Notes under the pieces: generated by a model
The model's database searches: none
The model's input: the letters and a program-made list of their open reading frames with translations, nothing else
What the model was told of the DNA's origin: nothing
Assembly: GCA_964016885.1 (NCBI GenBank)
Contig: OZ024740.1
Location: forward strand, 330,460,001 to 330,524,000
Length of the DNA: 64,000 bases
Direction: 5' to 3'
Origin: Eledone cirrhosa
Lineage: Eukaryota
Program-made: the position numbers and the translations under genes
Shown here: piece by piece, positions 1 through 13,879 of the stretch
Numbering within the stretch: the first letter of the stretch is position 1
Layout: every line of letters starts with the position of its first letter

Positions 1-1850
1 CGTGTCCGGTGGCTGTGAGGGAGCCTCTCATGCAATCAGGCAGTTCTTCAGCAGCTGCCCATCGGTACCGTCATCCAGGGACTCCAGGCACCTCATTGTC
101 AAGCTTGACATGAGGAATGCCTTTAACTCTTTACGCCGGGATCATCTGCTCGAGGCCTGCCTCAGACAAGCCCCCTCTGCCTACCCGCTGGCCTATCTGT
201 CATATGGAGCCCCAAGCATGCTCCTAGCTGCTGATACGGTCATAGCCTCGGCTACTGGGGTCCAACAGGGCGACCCTTTGGGACCCTCCTGTTCGCTCTT
301 GGTATTGACCACATCGCCCGGAGTATCACGGCTCCTCTCAACTTTGGTATCTGGATGATGCTACGTTGGGCGGGCCCGTACGGACGGTCTGCCAAGACCT
401 TCAATCGCTGATTCCTGCTCTGGCGGGAGTCGGCCTCCAGGTCAACTCGGCCAAGTCGGAGGTGGTGAATGTCAGCCTCGATACTGTGAGCTTTGCAGCC
501 TCCGTCTTGGACGTACGGTCCATTCTCCGACAGGTTCAGGTTACCCCCAAAGAGGATGTCCTCATCCTCGGGTCACCGATCCATCCGCCGGCCATCCGCT
601 CCACCCTCAGGTCCAGGCTTCAAAAACTCCAGACTCTCACGAGCTGACTGGGCTTGATTGACGGCCACCCAGCTCTCTTTCTACTGAGAAACTGCTTCGC
701 CATGCCGAAGCTCCTCTATACACTCCGCAGAGCTCCATGCACACCCAGACATCTCTCCTCGCTGACCTCGATGCTTGTATCCGAGCAGCAACCGAGTGGA
801 TATGCAACGTACAGTTTGACGACATAGGGTGGCAACGTGCCACTTTACCGGTCAGGTATGGCGGCCTAGGCCTCCGGTCCCCGATCTCACTAGCTTTGCC
901 GGCGTATCTTTCGTCGGTAACCTCGTGCCGCGTCCTCGTCAGCAAGGTTCTTCAAAACACAACAGAACCATATGTGTTCAGAGAACGTGAGGCTCCCTGT
1001 GAGACGTGGGACTGGCTGGGACTTAGCCCAGTAGACATCCCTTCTCTTTCTCCCCCTGTTCACGTCAAGTCCCCCCAACGCAGTTGGGATGCCATCCAGT
1101 GCAGCTTTGCCTCAGACAGGCTCACGCGCCAGCTTGACCAGCACCGCCTTGCTTGGTTTCGTGCGGCCTCCAAACCCCACAGTGGTGCCTGGTTCCATGC
1201 TGTGCCCTCATTCTCCACTGGCACGCAGCTAAACAACCATAGCCTGCGAATCGGCGTTTCCCTGAGTCTCGGCCTCCGGATCTGCCAGCCACACCAATGT
1301 CGCTGAGGTTCCACCGTGGACTATTTCGGCCTCCACCCGCTTTCCTGTCGCCACAGTGCCGGCCTGCATTCCACGCCATACTGCCCTCAACGTGGTCATT
1401 AAGCATGGCTTGGACGCAGCAGGCTCCCCTTCCCAGCTCGAGTCGGTGGGGATGGATCGAAGGGATAGCAAAAGGCCAGATGGCATGACCATATTCCCGT
1501 TCCGCGGTGGCAAACCCCTCGTCTGGGATGCCACATGCACCGACACTTTCTGCAGCCGCAACCTAGTGCAGGTTGCGACTGGCCCAGGTTCTGCTGCACG
1601 TCGGGCTGAGGGGGCCAAGCTCCTCAAATACCGGTCGCTCTTCGACAAGTTTGCGGTCGTTCCCCTAGCAGTAGAAACTTCTGGTGTCCTCGGCCCAGGG
1701 CTACCTCCTTACTCACCACCATAGGCGCTGTTCTGACCAGCCGTATGTGTGAGCCCCGCGAGTTGGAGTTGCTTTTCCAGCGCGTCTCCCTTGCCGTCCT
1801 CCGGCGAGACGCCTTCTCCATTCAGTCCGCCGGGGCTGTGGGTGGGCCCC
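1..1850 (+). mobile_element. CRE-clade-like non-LTR retrotransposon (RT, Zn knuckle, restriction-like endonuclease), frameshifted, 5' end outside window
   Basis: Motifs across ORFs 2-358, 366-647, 737-1306 and 1356-1724: KLDMRNAFNSL, GVQQGDPLGP, W-YLDD (near 345-360, shifted frame), LPVRYGGLGLR, HSGAWFHAVP, RHTALN, KRPDGMTIFPFRGGKPLVWDATC, AEGAKLLKY, PLAVETSGVLG. GC-rich against an AT-rich background. Confidence 0.85.
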
Positions 1851-2639
1851 ATCGCGTACCAATACATTAGTTAAATACCATTCTTTCATCTCATATATAT
1901 ATACATGTTGTGTATTATATTTACAACATGTCATGTGTGAGTATAAACATATAAGCTGGCGTACAAAAACAAGTATTTGTACAATTTTAGATAGTTTGAA
2001 ATTAGTAAGTTTGTTGAAATAACAAGTTGGTATCAAGTAAATATATATATATATTTTGTTAACATGTCTATAGGTAGTGGGGCTTTCCTTGTTCCAGTTT
2101 TAATGGATATGTGTTATAATGTATGCGATTAACATTATAAATCAATCCCTCATAACAAAATAAAGATACATTTAATGCTTGGCATTTATCGGATGCATTG
2201 AGTAGGACTATAATTATATTAATGACAATGATGGACCTGATAATCATTGGTTATAAACAAGACGGTCTCGAGCTATTGGCTAGTTAACATAAAATATTTG
2301 TCATATAAATAGAGATTAATTTGATAGAATAACAAAACAAATATGAAGTTGTTTACAATCGCAAATATGAGTTGTTATTCATAAATCATTTACGCCATAT
2401 TTCTCTTGTATTTTGGTTACAATAAAATACTAGTATATTTTATTAGTTAATCCGATTAGCTATGAAATATTCATGAGTGTAAATTAAACAATAAGACAAG
2501 AATTGCTAATTACAACAACATAACAATCGTAGGATCTACATCTTCAGAAGGAAGAATATATTAAGATATAATTTTTGATGTTTTCCTGTTTGACTTCGTT
2601 AATATGCGTGCCCGTAAGATGTTTATATTTAAGTGATTA

Positions 2640-3860
2640 CCTTACCCCCCCCCCCCCACACACACACCCGTATTCGACCCACTACCACAACTAATATACT
2701 AAAACCCACACGCACTCACTCCCAAACACGCACACACACACACCAGTATATCACACTCACTCATACTGTACCCAGCACCTTCTCTCTCTTCCCCGAACTA
2801 CCAACACCCCCACACTACGCATCCTACTAACCTCCACTAATATACACCCAACACCCCTACACACTGCACACACCACTCCCTCAACTTTTCATACTAACCC
2901 ACTTCATCTCCTGTCCACCGCACCTCTGCACACACATACAGATACAGGCTACACCTGCCAACCATCACTCGCCTGTGTGTCACTTACCCTCTCGACCGTT
3001 ATCTCCCCTACCTCTCTCTCTCTCTTGCATCCTTCACCCTGCCTTCTCCACCCCCTGCCTTGACCTTCTTGTCCACTTCCTGTCGCGTGCGCCCCACAAC
3101 TTTCTACACCCTCCTCACCAATCCCACGGTTCCTACAACACTGATCACTTTCTCTGGACTCTAACCGATAACATTTCTCTGGAATCTAACCGATAACATC
3201 CGACCACACACTCACTGGGAAAACATTCAGGAACACACAATCACACAAACACTTACACTATTTTCGCACACACGCAACCATACATTCCCACGTATCCACA
3301 CCACACAAGAACACAGACAGACACGTGCGTATCGTCACATACACCTACTCTGACTCCGAATTCCGCACGCCCCTCTCCACCCCCTCCGACCCTCTCCATC
3401 CACAAGGACACACACACACACACACACTGACTTACACCCCACCCTATGTACACACTGGTTTTTCTATTACCCGCGCATGGAACATCGTTCTTCCCCAAAC
3501 TCTCACACTCACATCCACACATACACACGCACACACACACACGTACAGCTACACACATACAAACACACCCTCCCCGCTGAAACCCCTGTTTTCTTCTCTC
3601 TCTCTCGCCCTCCATCCAAAAACCCACCACCACCTCTACACACCTCACACCCTCTCACCACTTGTTTTCATCTTAATTTGTTTTCCTTCAATTTAACCCC
3701 CCCCCCCATCCTATTTAATGTCTTTCCACCACTCCTCCTTACACCCTTGGAAATATTTTCCTTCCCACCTTTCTCCTGATGAAGATCTTATACCCGAAAC
3801 GTCTCCCCTCCACTCTCAAGCGTGAACCTAATACCAACACTGTTCATACTACACTTTTTG
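2640..3860 (+). mobile_element. Degraded Penelope-like 3' end with C/A-rich low-complexity sequence and decayed HHR core
   Basis: HTGFSITRAWNIVL (near 3450-3495) resembles the PLE C-terminal G..l...W..l motif. CTGATGA(3776-82)...GAAACGTC(3796-3803) has broken stems. Followed by (TA)n. Confidence 0.35.
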
Positions 3861-3974
3861 CTATTGTTTTTGTTTTTTGTTTGTTTTACTTATATATATA
3901 TATGTGTGTGTGTGGGTGTGTGTATATATGCGCGCACGTGTGTGTGTGTGTCTGTGTTTAGCATATCATATATC

Positions 3975-4026
<52 letters not shown>

Positions 4027-5778
4027 GCGCGCACGTGTGTGTGTGTCTGTGTGTAGCATATTAAATATACATATATCTATATACGCTTTCATTGTAAGCG
4101 CCACATTTTTTGTTTGCTATTTAATCACTATTTAATTAAAAGGCTGCGATTTGTCTCGTATGTCAAAATATCGTAATCCGATCTAATTTTGCTATTTATA
4201 GCTGTGGTGGATACACATACATAGATAAGTTGACACATAAACGATGGATGTCTGTGATCTAGAGACAAAGTAAAACAAGAGAAAGAAATTAATGTAGACT
4301 GTCGAACAATGTTATTAATATCGACATTTTTTCTTGACAATGTTTATATAATTAATATAGGCTATATACATCTGGTCAAATTAAAGTATAATATATATTA
4401 AGTGTGGGCGTATGTGCTGTAGGAAGATTCACATATATATATGTGTGTGTGTGTGTGTATTTCTTCAGTACGAATCTTGATTTGAAATTATGTGTTGAAA
4501 CCGATATTGCTATATTTGGGGATGGTCATTCACTCTATCTTTATTGTTTCGCCAAAGTTCTTTCGTGACCTTCGCAATGACTATCGATTTTTTGTACCTC
4601 TCCCTTTTCTTGTCTTACACTTCTATTTCATTTAGTCGTTAAATGCATACACATAAAGAGCTAGAGAGAGGGATTGAGACAACGAGAGGGAAAAACAAAG
4701 AGAATTAGGTGTGTTCATAATTAAAATGTAAGTTAAAACGAAAATATTAGGTTTAAACAGGTTAATCTGGTAAGCATATGGAAATATTCAACATTTTCTA
4801 CGCAGACGATGTAAGTACACACAGAGATCATAATGGGCCATTCATTGTCTCAGGGTCGATAAAATACATTTTTAATAAAGTGCTTTGATTGATTTACCGA
4901 CTTTTACTTCCGCTAAATTTTTTGGGTTATGGCTAATACTGGAGAATAAGGAGAAAAGTATTTTCTTCATATTTCATATTTGAACTGGAATTGGATATCA
5001 AAACCTCTTAGTTTAGCTAACCCGACATTTTTCTTGGAAAATATGCATTTATTATATTTCCTTGCAGTAATTATATAACCAGCGAATGTCTGTTGGGTGA
5101 AGAATATTCTACACAGACACATAGACAACAGACCCAGATACTGACACACATGCACACACACACACACATACGCACATATACAAATATTTAAATATAATAC
5201 ATATCTCATACATATATATATATATGAATATATATATATATGTGTTTGTGTTTGTGGTTATTAGTGCCAGTGTGTGTGAGAGAGGGGTTGAGAGAGAGGG
5301 AGCGTTTGTGTGTGCGTGTGCGTTAATAAATATTAAGACAATCTTCTAATTTTTCATATGTTGAGATATTCATTAAGCCTGAACATCACATCATTAATCA
5401 TGTCGTCTTACGAAGGCGTGTCTACGTTAATTAGTGTTAAATAATAAATAATGAGCACCAAAGAATTGTGCATACTAACAGTTACAATAGATTGAAATAT
5501 GAAAAAATACAGCCTGCCTTCATGTACGCTGATATAACAATGACCAATTGTTTCCTAGTCAAGATAATCCCACATCATATTTAGAAACGTACAACTGACA
5601 TATAATAATTAAGCTTGATACGACTTGTGTTCATTGATTGGGTCGATGCAAATGCAACCCTACGAATCAATTAATTAAACAATTAAATTAAGATAATATA
5701 TATATATATATAAATATATACATGAGAATTCGTTGCATGAAACGCCCTTCTTCCACTATGGTTTGATCATTTTTTCTG

Positions 5779-5833
<55 letters not shown>

Positions 5834-6636
5834 TTCTCTCTCTATATATCTCTCTCTCTCTCTCTTTGGATGAATGGATGGATGGATATACATATATATA
5901 TTACTGAATACACATAAGCGTTACTTAAATAAATGATCAAAGTTAGCTGCTTCTAAGTTTTTGTTTAGCATTTTGTTGGGCATTTAAGCGTGTGGAAACA
6001 TGCAGTATCACATATGGGCTTCGAACTCACGCCCGCCGTATATCACACGGCTGCAGTATAATTATATAATTCTCTACAACAAAATAAATAAATGATCTGT
6101 AAATGTAACACAGCCGATGGTTTGAGTTCGAATGGCACTGGAGATAAGTTTTCACTCGCCAGGAACATTTTCACTCGAGGGGGACATTTATATACAAATT
6201 CATCGTAAAAGAAGCAGTCAGAGAGCAGATTCATTCTTCTTTCAACAGTTTTCAGGACCATGATTTTTTTAGATGGTCTTTCTTGAACATGTAAAAATAA
6301 ATTACTAAATCGTTAAAATAATTTCTTCGTATAATTATTCGATAAAAATGCACATTTGTGCGTAACAGATTTCTTCGGAAAACAACAATAACTTAGGAGC
6401 GAGCATTGTCTAATATCCTTGAGTGTACATTCTTAAAGATAATCTCATGGATCTTAGATCCCATGGAATCTGTCTCTCAGAGATTGTTGGTAGAATTAAG
6501 TAGACGGATTGGTTCCAATGCCCTAACAGTATATTAAGTGTTCAGGCGTCAGATAATCGCGTAGTGAGATATATCAAATAACAACGAGTTGGTATTTTAG
6601 CTGATAGATTGATTACACCTATAGCTTTGACATTAT

Positions 6637-6810
6637 GGATTGGCAGTATCGGTAGAGGGTCGGACGCCATGCTTTGACACATAGAGTTACGGCCCTTGCC
6701 ATGCTAAGTTTAAATCCCTCCAAGGTCAACTTTGACTTTCATCCTTACGGGGTCGATCAAATAAAGTAACAGTAATGCACTGATAATCGCCAACAAGTAG
6801 AAACAATTAT
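6637..6810 (+). mobile_element. tRNA-derived SINE with Nin/Deu-like central domain
   Basis: A-box-like TGGCAGTATCGG, degenerate B box, ctttcatccttacggggtcgat-aaataaagta core, aagtagaaacaattat tail. Same family as 23508 and 56280. Confidence 0.75.
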
Positions 6811-8887
6811 TTTTAAAGTTACCATTTAAATTAAGCCATCAAGCTACGGTTATATCTATTGAAATGATTTGATCCATTTTCGTTTTGTTTTACACACATT
6901 CTATATGAGGATGATAAACAATTTCAAATAAAAAATTTAGTAAAAGTAGTATTTTACTTTGTTGTTATTACTCATCCTCCATACACACACACATACACAC
7001 ACACACACCTCACACACATAACTTACGCACACACCACACAGATAACACCCACCCACAACCAGTAATGCAATGGCTAATTGCTGGCCTTGTGCCAAAAGTA
7101 GAAACAATTATTAAATGTTAATTAATAAAGTAAAAATATTCTTCAGCAAAAGATTTCCAGATAGATTGTATTAAGGATTATGAATTACAAAGCTGGATAA
7201 ATTCCAAGTACATTAATTGTCGCAGATGCAAAGCATATATGCAAAATCAAAAGTATACATTCTGAAGCTGACACCATCTGATATATTCGATATTATGTTA
7301 AGAATATTTAGACACTTATCCTGTTGGTGATACTGATTCTGATGTACGCTTGAGGATTTAAGATTCAGAGATATTATCTGATAAACTATTTGACGAAATC
7401 CAGTTTTGCCTGGTTCATAGTCTAATATGTTAGAGTTACTAGATTCATTCTAATGAGGTTTTACACATATAGAGGATTTGGTAGACTAATAATTAATATA
7501 TTGAAAAAATGTGGTTTTATATAATCAGAGTGATTTCAGAATGTTTCTCCTAAATTATTTACAGTTTGAAGATGAGAAAACCATAAACCATAAATTTCAA
7601 ATAACAGCAACATTACATTTATTTAAAAGCAGAAAGAAAATGGGAAGGGTAAGCGTTCTCGGGTCACCGGAGAATGAGAAGGGAAGTCGGAGGGCGGTGG
7701 ACTCTAAGACTATCTGTCAAATATCGAATTTCTTTACTGCCACAACGACGGCTACAATTTAACATACAATGGGTAATGGGGAGTCAATTAAATAATAACA
7801 TAAAACATTATAAAATGTGTCAATTTTTCAGTAATGGATAATCCATGATATTTATAATATATATTGTATTTTGTTTAATGGAAACTTCGTAGTTATTTTT
7901 TACTGGTAGTTATTATATACGACTACAGTGTGGGTTTACATTTCTAACACATATTTATTTTATATTAACTTAAAATCTACTTAAAATCTTATGTTATTCA
8001 CCATGATGCAAAAACAATGTTTAAGAGTTACTTCAATTTTCATTCGTTTGCTTCTGTTATTTTGAGAATGAGTGAGCACATAATGTTTTTCAATATTTAG
8101 TTTCTTGAAGTCAAATTATGATAAATATTGAAGTGATCGCATAAACAATATGAACTATTATTTTTATAGTATTTTGTAAAATATCTCTAAAATTGTTAAA
8201 ATAATTAAACGCCTACATCTACATTGAAGACATTTATGTTTTCTGATATACCCGTAGGAAATATGTGTAGCCATTTTAATATGTTTCATATAAATTATGC
8301 AGCGGTTAATCTTGTCCAGTGTAGCATTAATATATTTTCTTATAACATGTTCGCATTGATGGAAATACAGAGGGCATTACTGTGCTTGATTAAAAACCTC
8401 CATTTCAATGGTTATTATCCTTTCCGTATTATCATCTGGATGACTGACATTGGACGTTGTTTTATAGTAAGCTCTTACGCTGTTAGAAGAAATTGAACTC
8501 ATAATAGCAAGCGAAATATTTTCTATTCAATCTAAAAGCGGTTATTTAATATAAAGTGATGAATCAAGAAATATTTAGAGTATAATTGCAATAAGGTTAT
8601 CAGGGTTGTGGAGAACTAAATATTTACTTCATTGACATGTTTAGACAGAGTTTGCTAGAGAAATAAATCTTCATTTAATTAATTGCTAACTGTAACATTT
8701 GTTTGAAGAACGTGGGTCAAGTAGACACTATTCAAATCCATGTGGTCATATATACAAACATATGCAGATCACACATATATAGATATATGAATGCATAAAT
8801 ACATAGACACACCCACATATACACACACATGCACACACACACACACACACATATATATACACACATACACACACACATATATATATA

Positions 8888-9114
8888 TTAATTCAAAATA
8901 TTAACAAAATAGAACTATCTGACGAGGAGGTACTGTTGAAGTTAGCTCAGTAGCTTTTAAATATGTATAATAAAATATACTTGATCACAAGAAGTTCTAT
9001 TTTTGTTAATATTTTGAATTAATATTAAAAATTCCGAAAAACCAAAATTCTGTTGAGTGATTCCAATCTATTGTAAAACTAATTCTTTGATTTATTCATT
9101 GAACCTTGTTTAAC

Positions 9115-9118
<4 letters not shown>
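8888..9118 (+). mobile_element. Short fold-back element ending in (TA)n, homologous to 36891-37188
   Basis: ttaattcaaaatattaacaaaatagaact (8888-8916) is inverted at about 8995-9022. The 3' part (ctgttgagtg-ttc-aatctattgtaaaac...gaaccttgtt) is shared with 37100-37185. HHR-like CTGACGA near 8918. Confidence 0.55.
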
Positions 9119-9149
<31 letters not shown>

Positions 9150-9156
<7 letters not shown>

Positions 9157-10062
9157 GGACAGTACTACAACGAAGACATAAAAGGGACGCGCATTTCTTC
9201 GGCTAGACTAACTTTGCAAACTGTGCTAGGGAAATCTGAAAACACTTCCTATCGCGTTAAATTAAAGTGTTTCTCAATTCTCAAATTTAAATTTCAGGTG
9301 TTATTATTCTGTCTGTGGTGTTATTAATAAAATCATCATTGTGATCTCTCATAGTTTATGTAAGGCTCCCGCTTTGGTGAGCATTCTAATCTACAATCAT
9401 AGCGTAGGCCATGTATTTAGCTGTAAGGTCTTATCTAATACGTTGCTGTGGGTAGTCGCATAAAGTCCATAGAGGTTATTAGTTTTGTCAGATAGAACGA
9501 AATGCTTAATGGAAGATTTGAAAATATTTTGGTATCAATTAAATTTGTCCTGGAAAGAGGGAGATTGTTTGTGAAAGGCGTTTTTTTGCCACTGGATTAA
9601 TAAGATCGACTTCGAGAAAAAGAATACCATTTACCTTAGGTAGGTATTTAGTCGATTTCCGATTATCGGTATTCACAGTATCAGATGGTCTTTCTTCGTA
9701 CGCCGACGTACGCAATGCTAGACGTTTAACCACATCTTCGACTTTCAGAAGAATGAGTTTCGAATAAGTCCTACTGGAAGAGGTAAACATTTATTTTAGG
9801 AGAAATCATCTTCTGCGTGAGTGATATGTAAAGTGTCAGGAATACATGTTCCAGGAGACGAATAATGCAATAGATAATTTGTAGCGGTATTCAAAGCAGA
9901 GTGCAACTCAAGCCCGGGTTTTTATATAATTACTATTGAGGCCAATACTAGTAAGATGACAAAACAAGAACACGCATTTCATTCACTAGGCCAACGTTTC
10001 AATCTGCAAGCCAATGAAACGCATATACCTGTTTTATCTTCGTTGTAGTACTGTGGTTAATT
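9150..10062 (-). mobile_element. Degraded element with ~35-bp inverted termini, possibly a PLE remnant
   Basis: aattaaggacagtactacaacgaagac (9151) vs tcttcgttgtagtactgtggttaatt (near 10037-10062). Abuts (TA)n. Minus ORF 9539-9790 has KYLPKVNG, weakly PLE-like. Confidence 0.4.
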
Positions 10063-10169
10063 ATAATACATTAAAACTCGCTCCACAGCTTAATTTGATC
10101 TAAGCCTTAGATATCTCTACAAATGTTTTACAATATAAATGGCATCTAGCAGTAGCCGTAAAAACCAAG

Positions 10170-10420
10170 CCAAGTTCTGATACATGAAATGTACGGCGCT
10201 AACAACTGGGCAGATTTGCCTCATAGCATCACTCCACAGCAAACATGGTTGGTGTTAAAAAGGGCAGTGATCATCCGTAAAAATCTAGCGAAAACTTTGG
10301 TTTCTATGAGCAAGTAACGCTACAAACAACTGGCTCGACTTGCATCATAAAATGGACAACTCATCTAACCCATGCAAGCATGGATAAATGGACGTTAAAC
10401 AAGGACGACTTTGATGATAT
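10170..10420 (+). mobile_element. SINE/LINE-tail fragment
   Basis: gttggtgttaaaaagggca...ccgtaaaaa...ctaacccatgcaagcatggataaatggacgttaaac...gatgat, resembling RTE-type SINE 3' tails. Confidence 0.5.
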
Positions 10421-10489
10421 ATTAATATAAATGCGGAGGTTGATACCACGTTTATCATTTTGTAAATGATTCAATATACTGTCCCGGTC

Positions 10490-10597
<108 letters not shown>

Positions 10598-10731
10598 TAT
10601 AGATATATAGATATATATAATCCACCCATTATTATTATGATTAGTGGTTTACCGAGGGATATCGAGTGACCACATTTATGAGATAACTCAATACGTTGGT
10701 ATATGATGGGCTTCTTTATTATATATATATG

Positions 10732-10797
<66 letters not shown>

Positions 10798-12059
10798 CAA
10801 TCTAAGTCATTGACAATAAAATTTGAATAATGTGATCACACATTCCACCCTTTTTTATAAGACTTTGCGATGATTACCTGTTTGCGTCAATATATATTTG
10901 GCCAGTTTCAAAATGGAAGTATTTCATTTTACTATGAATAATTTCGTACAATATACTTTGCTTGGATATTTCTGAATATTATAGAGTATTTTCAGATGAA
11001 ATAGGTTTTACCTGTATCGATTTTTATTTCCATCTGGAACTTACCTACAAAATAAAAAAGAAAATACAATTTTAGACATTTGAATCCTAAGAAAGTAAGA
11101 AAGGGCTGTTTCAATTCAGTTTACACGTCATCATATCCGGAGCTCTTGCTCCGATAATTGAAAATATATATAATAATAATTATAATGATAATAACTATAA
11201 ACTTATTGGCTACAAAGGCCGACATGTGAGGATCTACTTAAAAACGTGTAAAGAAAACGAAAACATGTAACAATTAACAATAAATAAATAGCAATAGAAG
11301 TTTTAGATTGGAGGCAGAAATGCCTGGGGCATATTTAGGAATTCCACATAAAAAATCAGCGTAATATTTAAGAGCACAGTAGGAAGCTACAACTTTCCAT
11401 TCTGAACACTCCAGCTTATAGGTGAATGCTCAGAGCAAACGTTGATTTTCAGGCGGAAGACGGCCGGCAGCTGCATCCATCCTTATCATGAAAATATATA
11501 TTCGACAAGCCTCCACATAAAACATTAATGACCGAACACAGGAGTAAATCATGCTGAACGGCTATGTCACTTTGCGCGCATCTCGGACAGTTCCGTCTGT
11601 CATCAATTCTGGGCCTAGCTATATTTTCGTAAAGGAGCGATGCTTCCCGGTAGCACTGACAGAAATGGGATGTCTGGAAATGATCCATAGACAGCAGAGC
11701 GAAAGTCATCCAGAACAGACTGCCTTGTTCCTTTCATCGGCGCCAAGAATGTCTCGCAGAACGTTGTCGCACTTGCGTCCTACTACTTTTCCACATAACT
11801 CTAATGTGGAATTTGAACTAACCACTTTGCCTGATTGGTAGAGTGTTGTGAGTACATGACAACTTTCCAGATGCCAGACGCCTTCTCTCGGCCTTCGCCT
11901 GACCCAGAACTGCTGATCAAAGCAAGGGTAAGAAACCATTCCCTCCTGAACTGATATCGTGGCTGAACAGACAGAGGGAATTGTGGCAACTGTAAATGAG
12001 GTAAAATTAATAGGAAAGAGAAAAAGAACATGAGCAAGTATCATATATATAGGGACAGA

Positions 12060-12720
12060 ATATTTTGCATGGCAAATATGTGGCCTGTAGCAAACCTATT
12101 GCTGTCAATGTAGTTCAATGTTAAAGGCAGATAGTCTTCATCTTAGCAACTAAACCTCAAACCAGGAACTATCATGCCAATGTGATGAGGAGTGAAGTAT
12201 ATCCAAAGTGCCATTTCTGCAATGATGAGATTGATACTGTGGACCACTTCATATTTGGGTGTAAAGATTTAGCCGAAATAGAGTATAAATCAAAACATGA
12301 CAGTGTTGGCCAATGTCGGCATAATTAAATCAAAACTGATGATAAATTGGTTTAGCCTCATTCTGAGTACGTAATTGGGGGAGAAAATGTAACTATTTGT
12401 TTGTAACTTTCTTGTGGATACAGACAGAATCATCAAATCTAATAAATTGTATATGTTATTGAGTGGTATGTCCATTCCACGAGAACAGAATATTGCGGCA
12501 AAAGAATTTGACAAGCTTAGAAAATATGACGATTTTCTTACTGAAATTGGAAAAATGTGGCATCTCAAAGCGGTTACATTACCAATGATTCTAGGATCAC
12601 TTGGAAATATCAAAAAGAAAGAGGAACATATTTGAGACTGATCCCTGGCTTAAAATCTCTTCAAGAAGTGCAAACCTGTTTTTAACAGACACGGCATACG
12701 TATTGAGAAGAACAGTGAGT
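12060..12720 (+). mobile_element. R4/Dong-like LINE 3' fragment (Zn knuckle plus restriction-like endonuclease)
   Basis: PKCHFCNDEIDTVDHFIFGC near 12200-12265. ORF 12414-12635 reads SIPREQNIAAKEFDKLRKYDDFLTEIGKMWHLKAVTLPMILGSLG. Confidence 0.75.
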
Positions 12721-13019
12721 ATCATAAGCCTCTATATTTTTTAGATAAAATGAATTGATTACATTCCATAATTATGTAAGTCGTAAATAATTTAGCAATC
12801 TTGTATGATTGATTAGCATTCTGTTGTAAATAGGATTTTAAACATTATGTGCACGGGTTTGAAGTAAATGATATACTTGCAACTGCTTAAACTGCGTGAT
12901 GTGAACAATGTGGTGTGATTATTTTTGTAAGTTTCTCTGCTCTATGTGTTGGGAATTCACTCAGCAAATAATGGTTTCTGATTTAGGCAGAAGGCCAACA
13001 ATGTTTCGGGAAGGGGAAA

Positions 13020-13850
13020 GTGGATTAAAGTAGAGATAGAGAAGTTGCATAGTCTAGCGCGTAAGAAAATGTTGGTGCATTACACGTAAAAGCAATTGTC
13101 AAAATGTAACAAGCTAAGTACACCACGGAACACAGGATTGTACACGTGAAAGATTATGGGCCTAAAAGATGCAGGTCCTTAGACTTGTATTCCTTCGGTA
13201 TAACGGAGAACATTTATGGTATGTTGCCAAAAGCAGAGACTTATGCATGGAAGCTATTGAAAATAATGACAGTTACAAAAGGATGCTACTGGTTGAGAAT
13301 CTCTTTAGATATAGGTGTATTGAATTACTATGGGAATTTGAAAGTAGAACGAAGTACGTAAATGTAGTGTCTTGGATTTGTTGACAAAATGTCATCATCA
13401 GAAAGAAACAGAAAGTTTATTTATAACTGCTCAAGAACAAACAATAGACACAAACCCGATAAGGAATATGTATGACAGTTGAATCAAATATGTGTAGGAT
13501 ATGTGGGAAGAAGGTGGAACATGCGAAACACGCCGTGAGAGCCTGTTACATACGTGCGTAAAGCGAATATAAAAGGTGTCATGATACAGTGTGCTTACAT
13601 ATCCAATGGATCTATGCACGAAATATGAATTTGCATCCAGTGGGATAAGGTATCAGAACAAAGCAAAGGAGGTCTTTCCTGATTAGAATTTGAAAGTCCT
13701 TACAATCTAGACAGATATAGATCTCGAATATACAAAACTAGATGTAACTTTGGTGGAGAAAGCTACTGAAAAACGTGGTTGTTGATCGATGATGCTTGCC
13801 AAAGAATTAATTACATTAATTGTAAAGAACACGAAAAAATCGTAGATTAA
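13020..13850 (+). mobile_element. R4/Dong-like LINE fragment, degraded
   Basis: WDLLTKCHHQKETESLFITAQEQTIDTN near 13372-13460, matching the W...ETE..I.AAQEQ.L.T motif, followed by decayed knuckle and endonuclease sequence. Confidence 0.6.
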
Positions 13851-13879
13851 GCTGTCCTGGGAATAGATGTTGCCAACAT

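Noticed and set aside
637-1821. Minus-strand ORFs over the CRE element (and 63477-63869 over the PLE)
   Set aside because: Antisense shadows of GC-rich coding sequence.
11449-11950. GC-richer stretch with overlapping ORFs
   Set aside because: No convincing domain or splice structure. Possibly a decayed LINE but unsupported.
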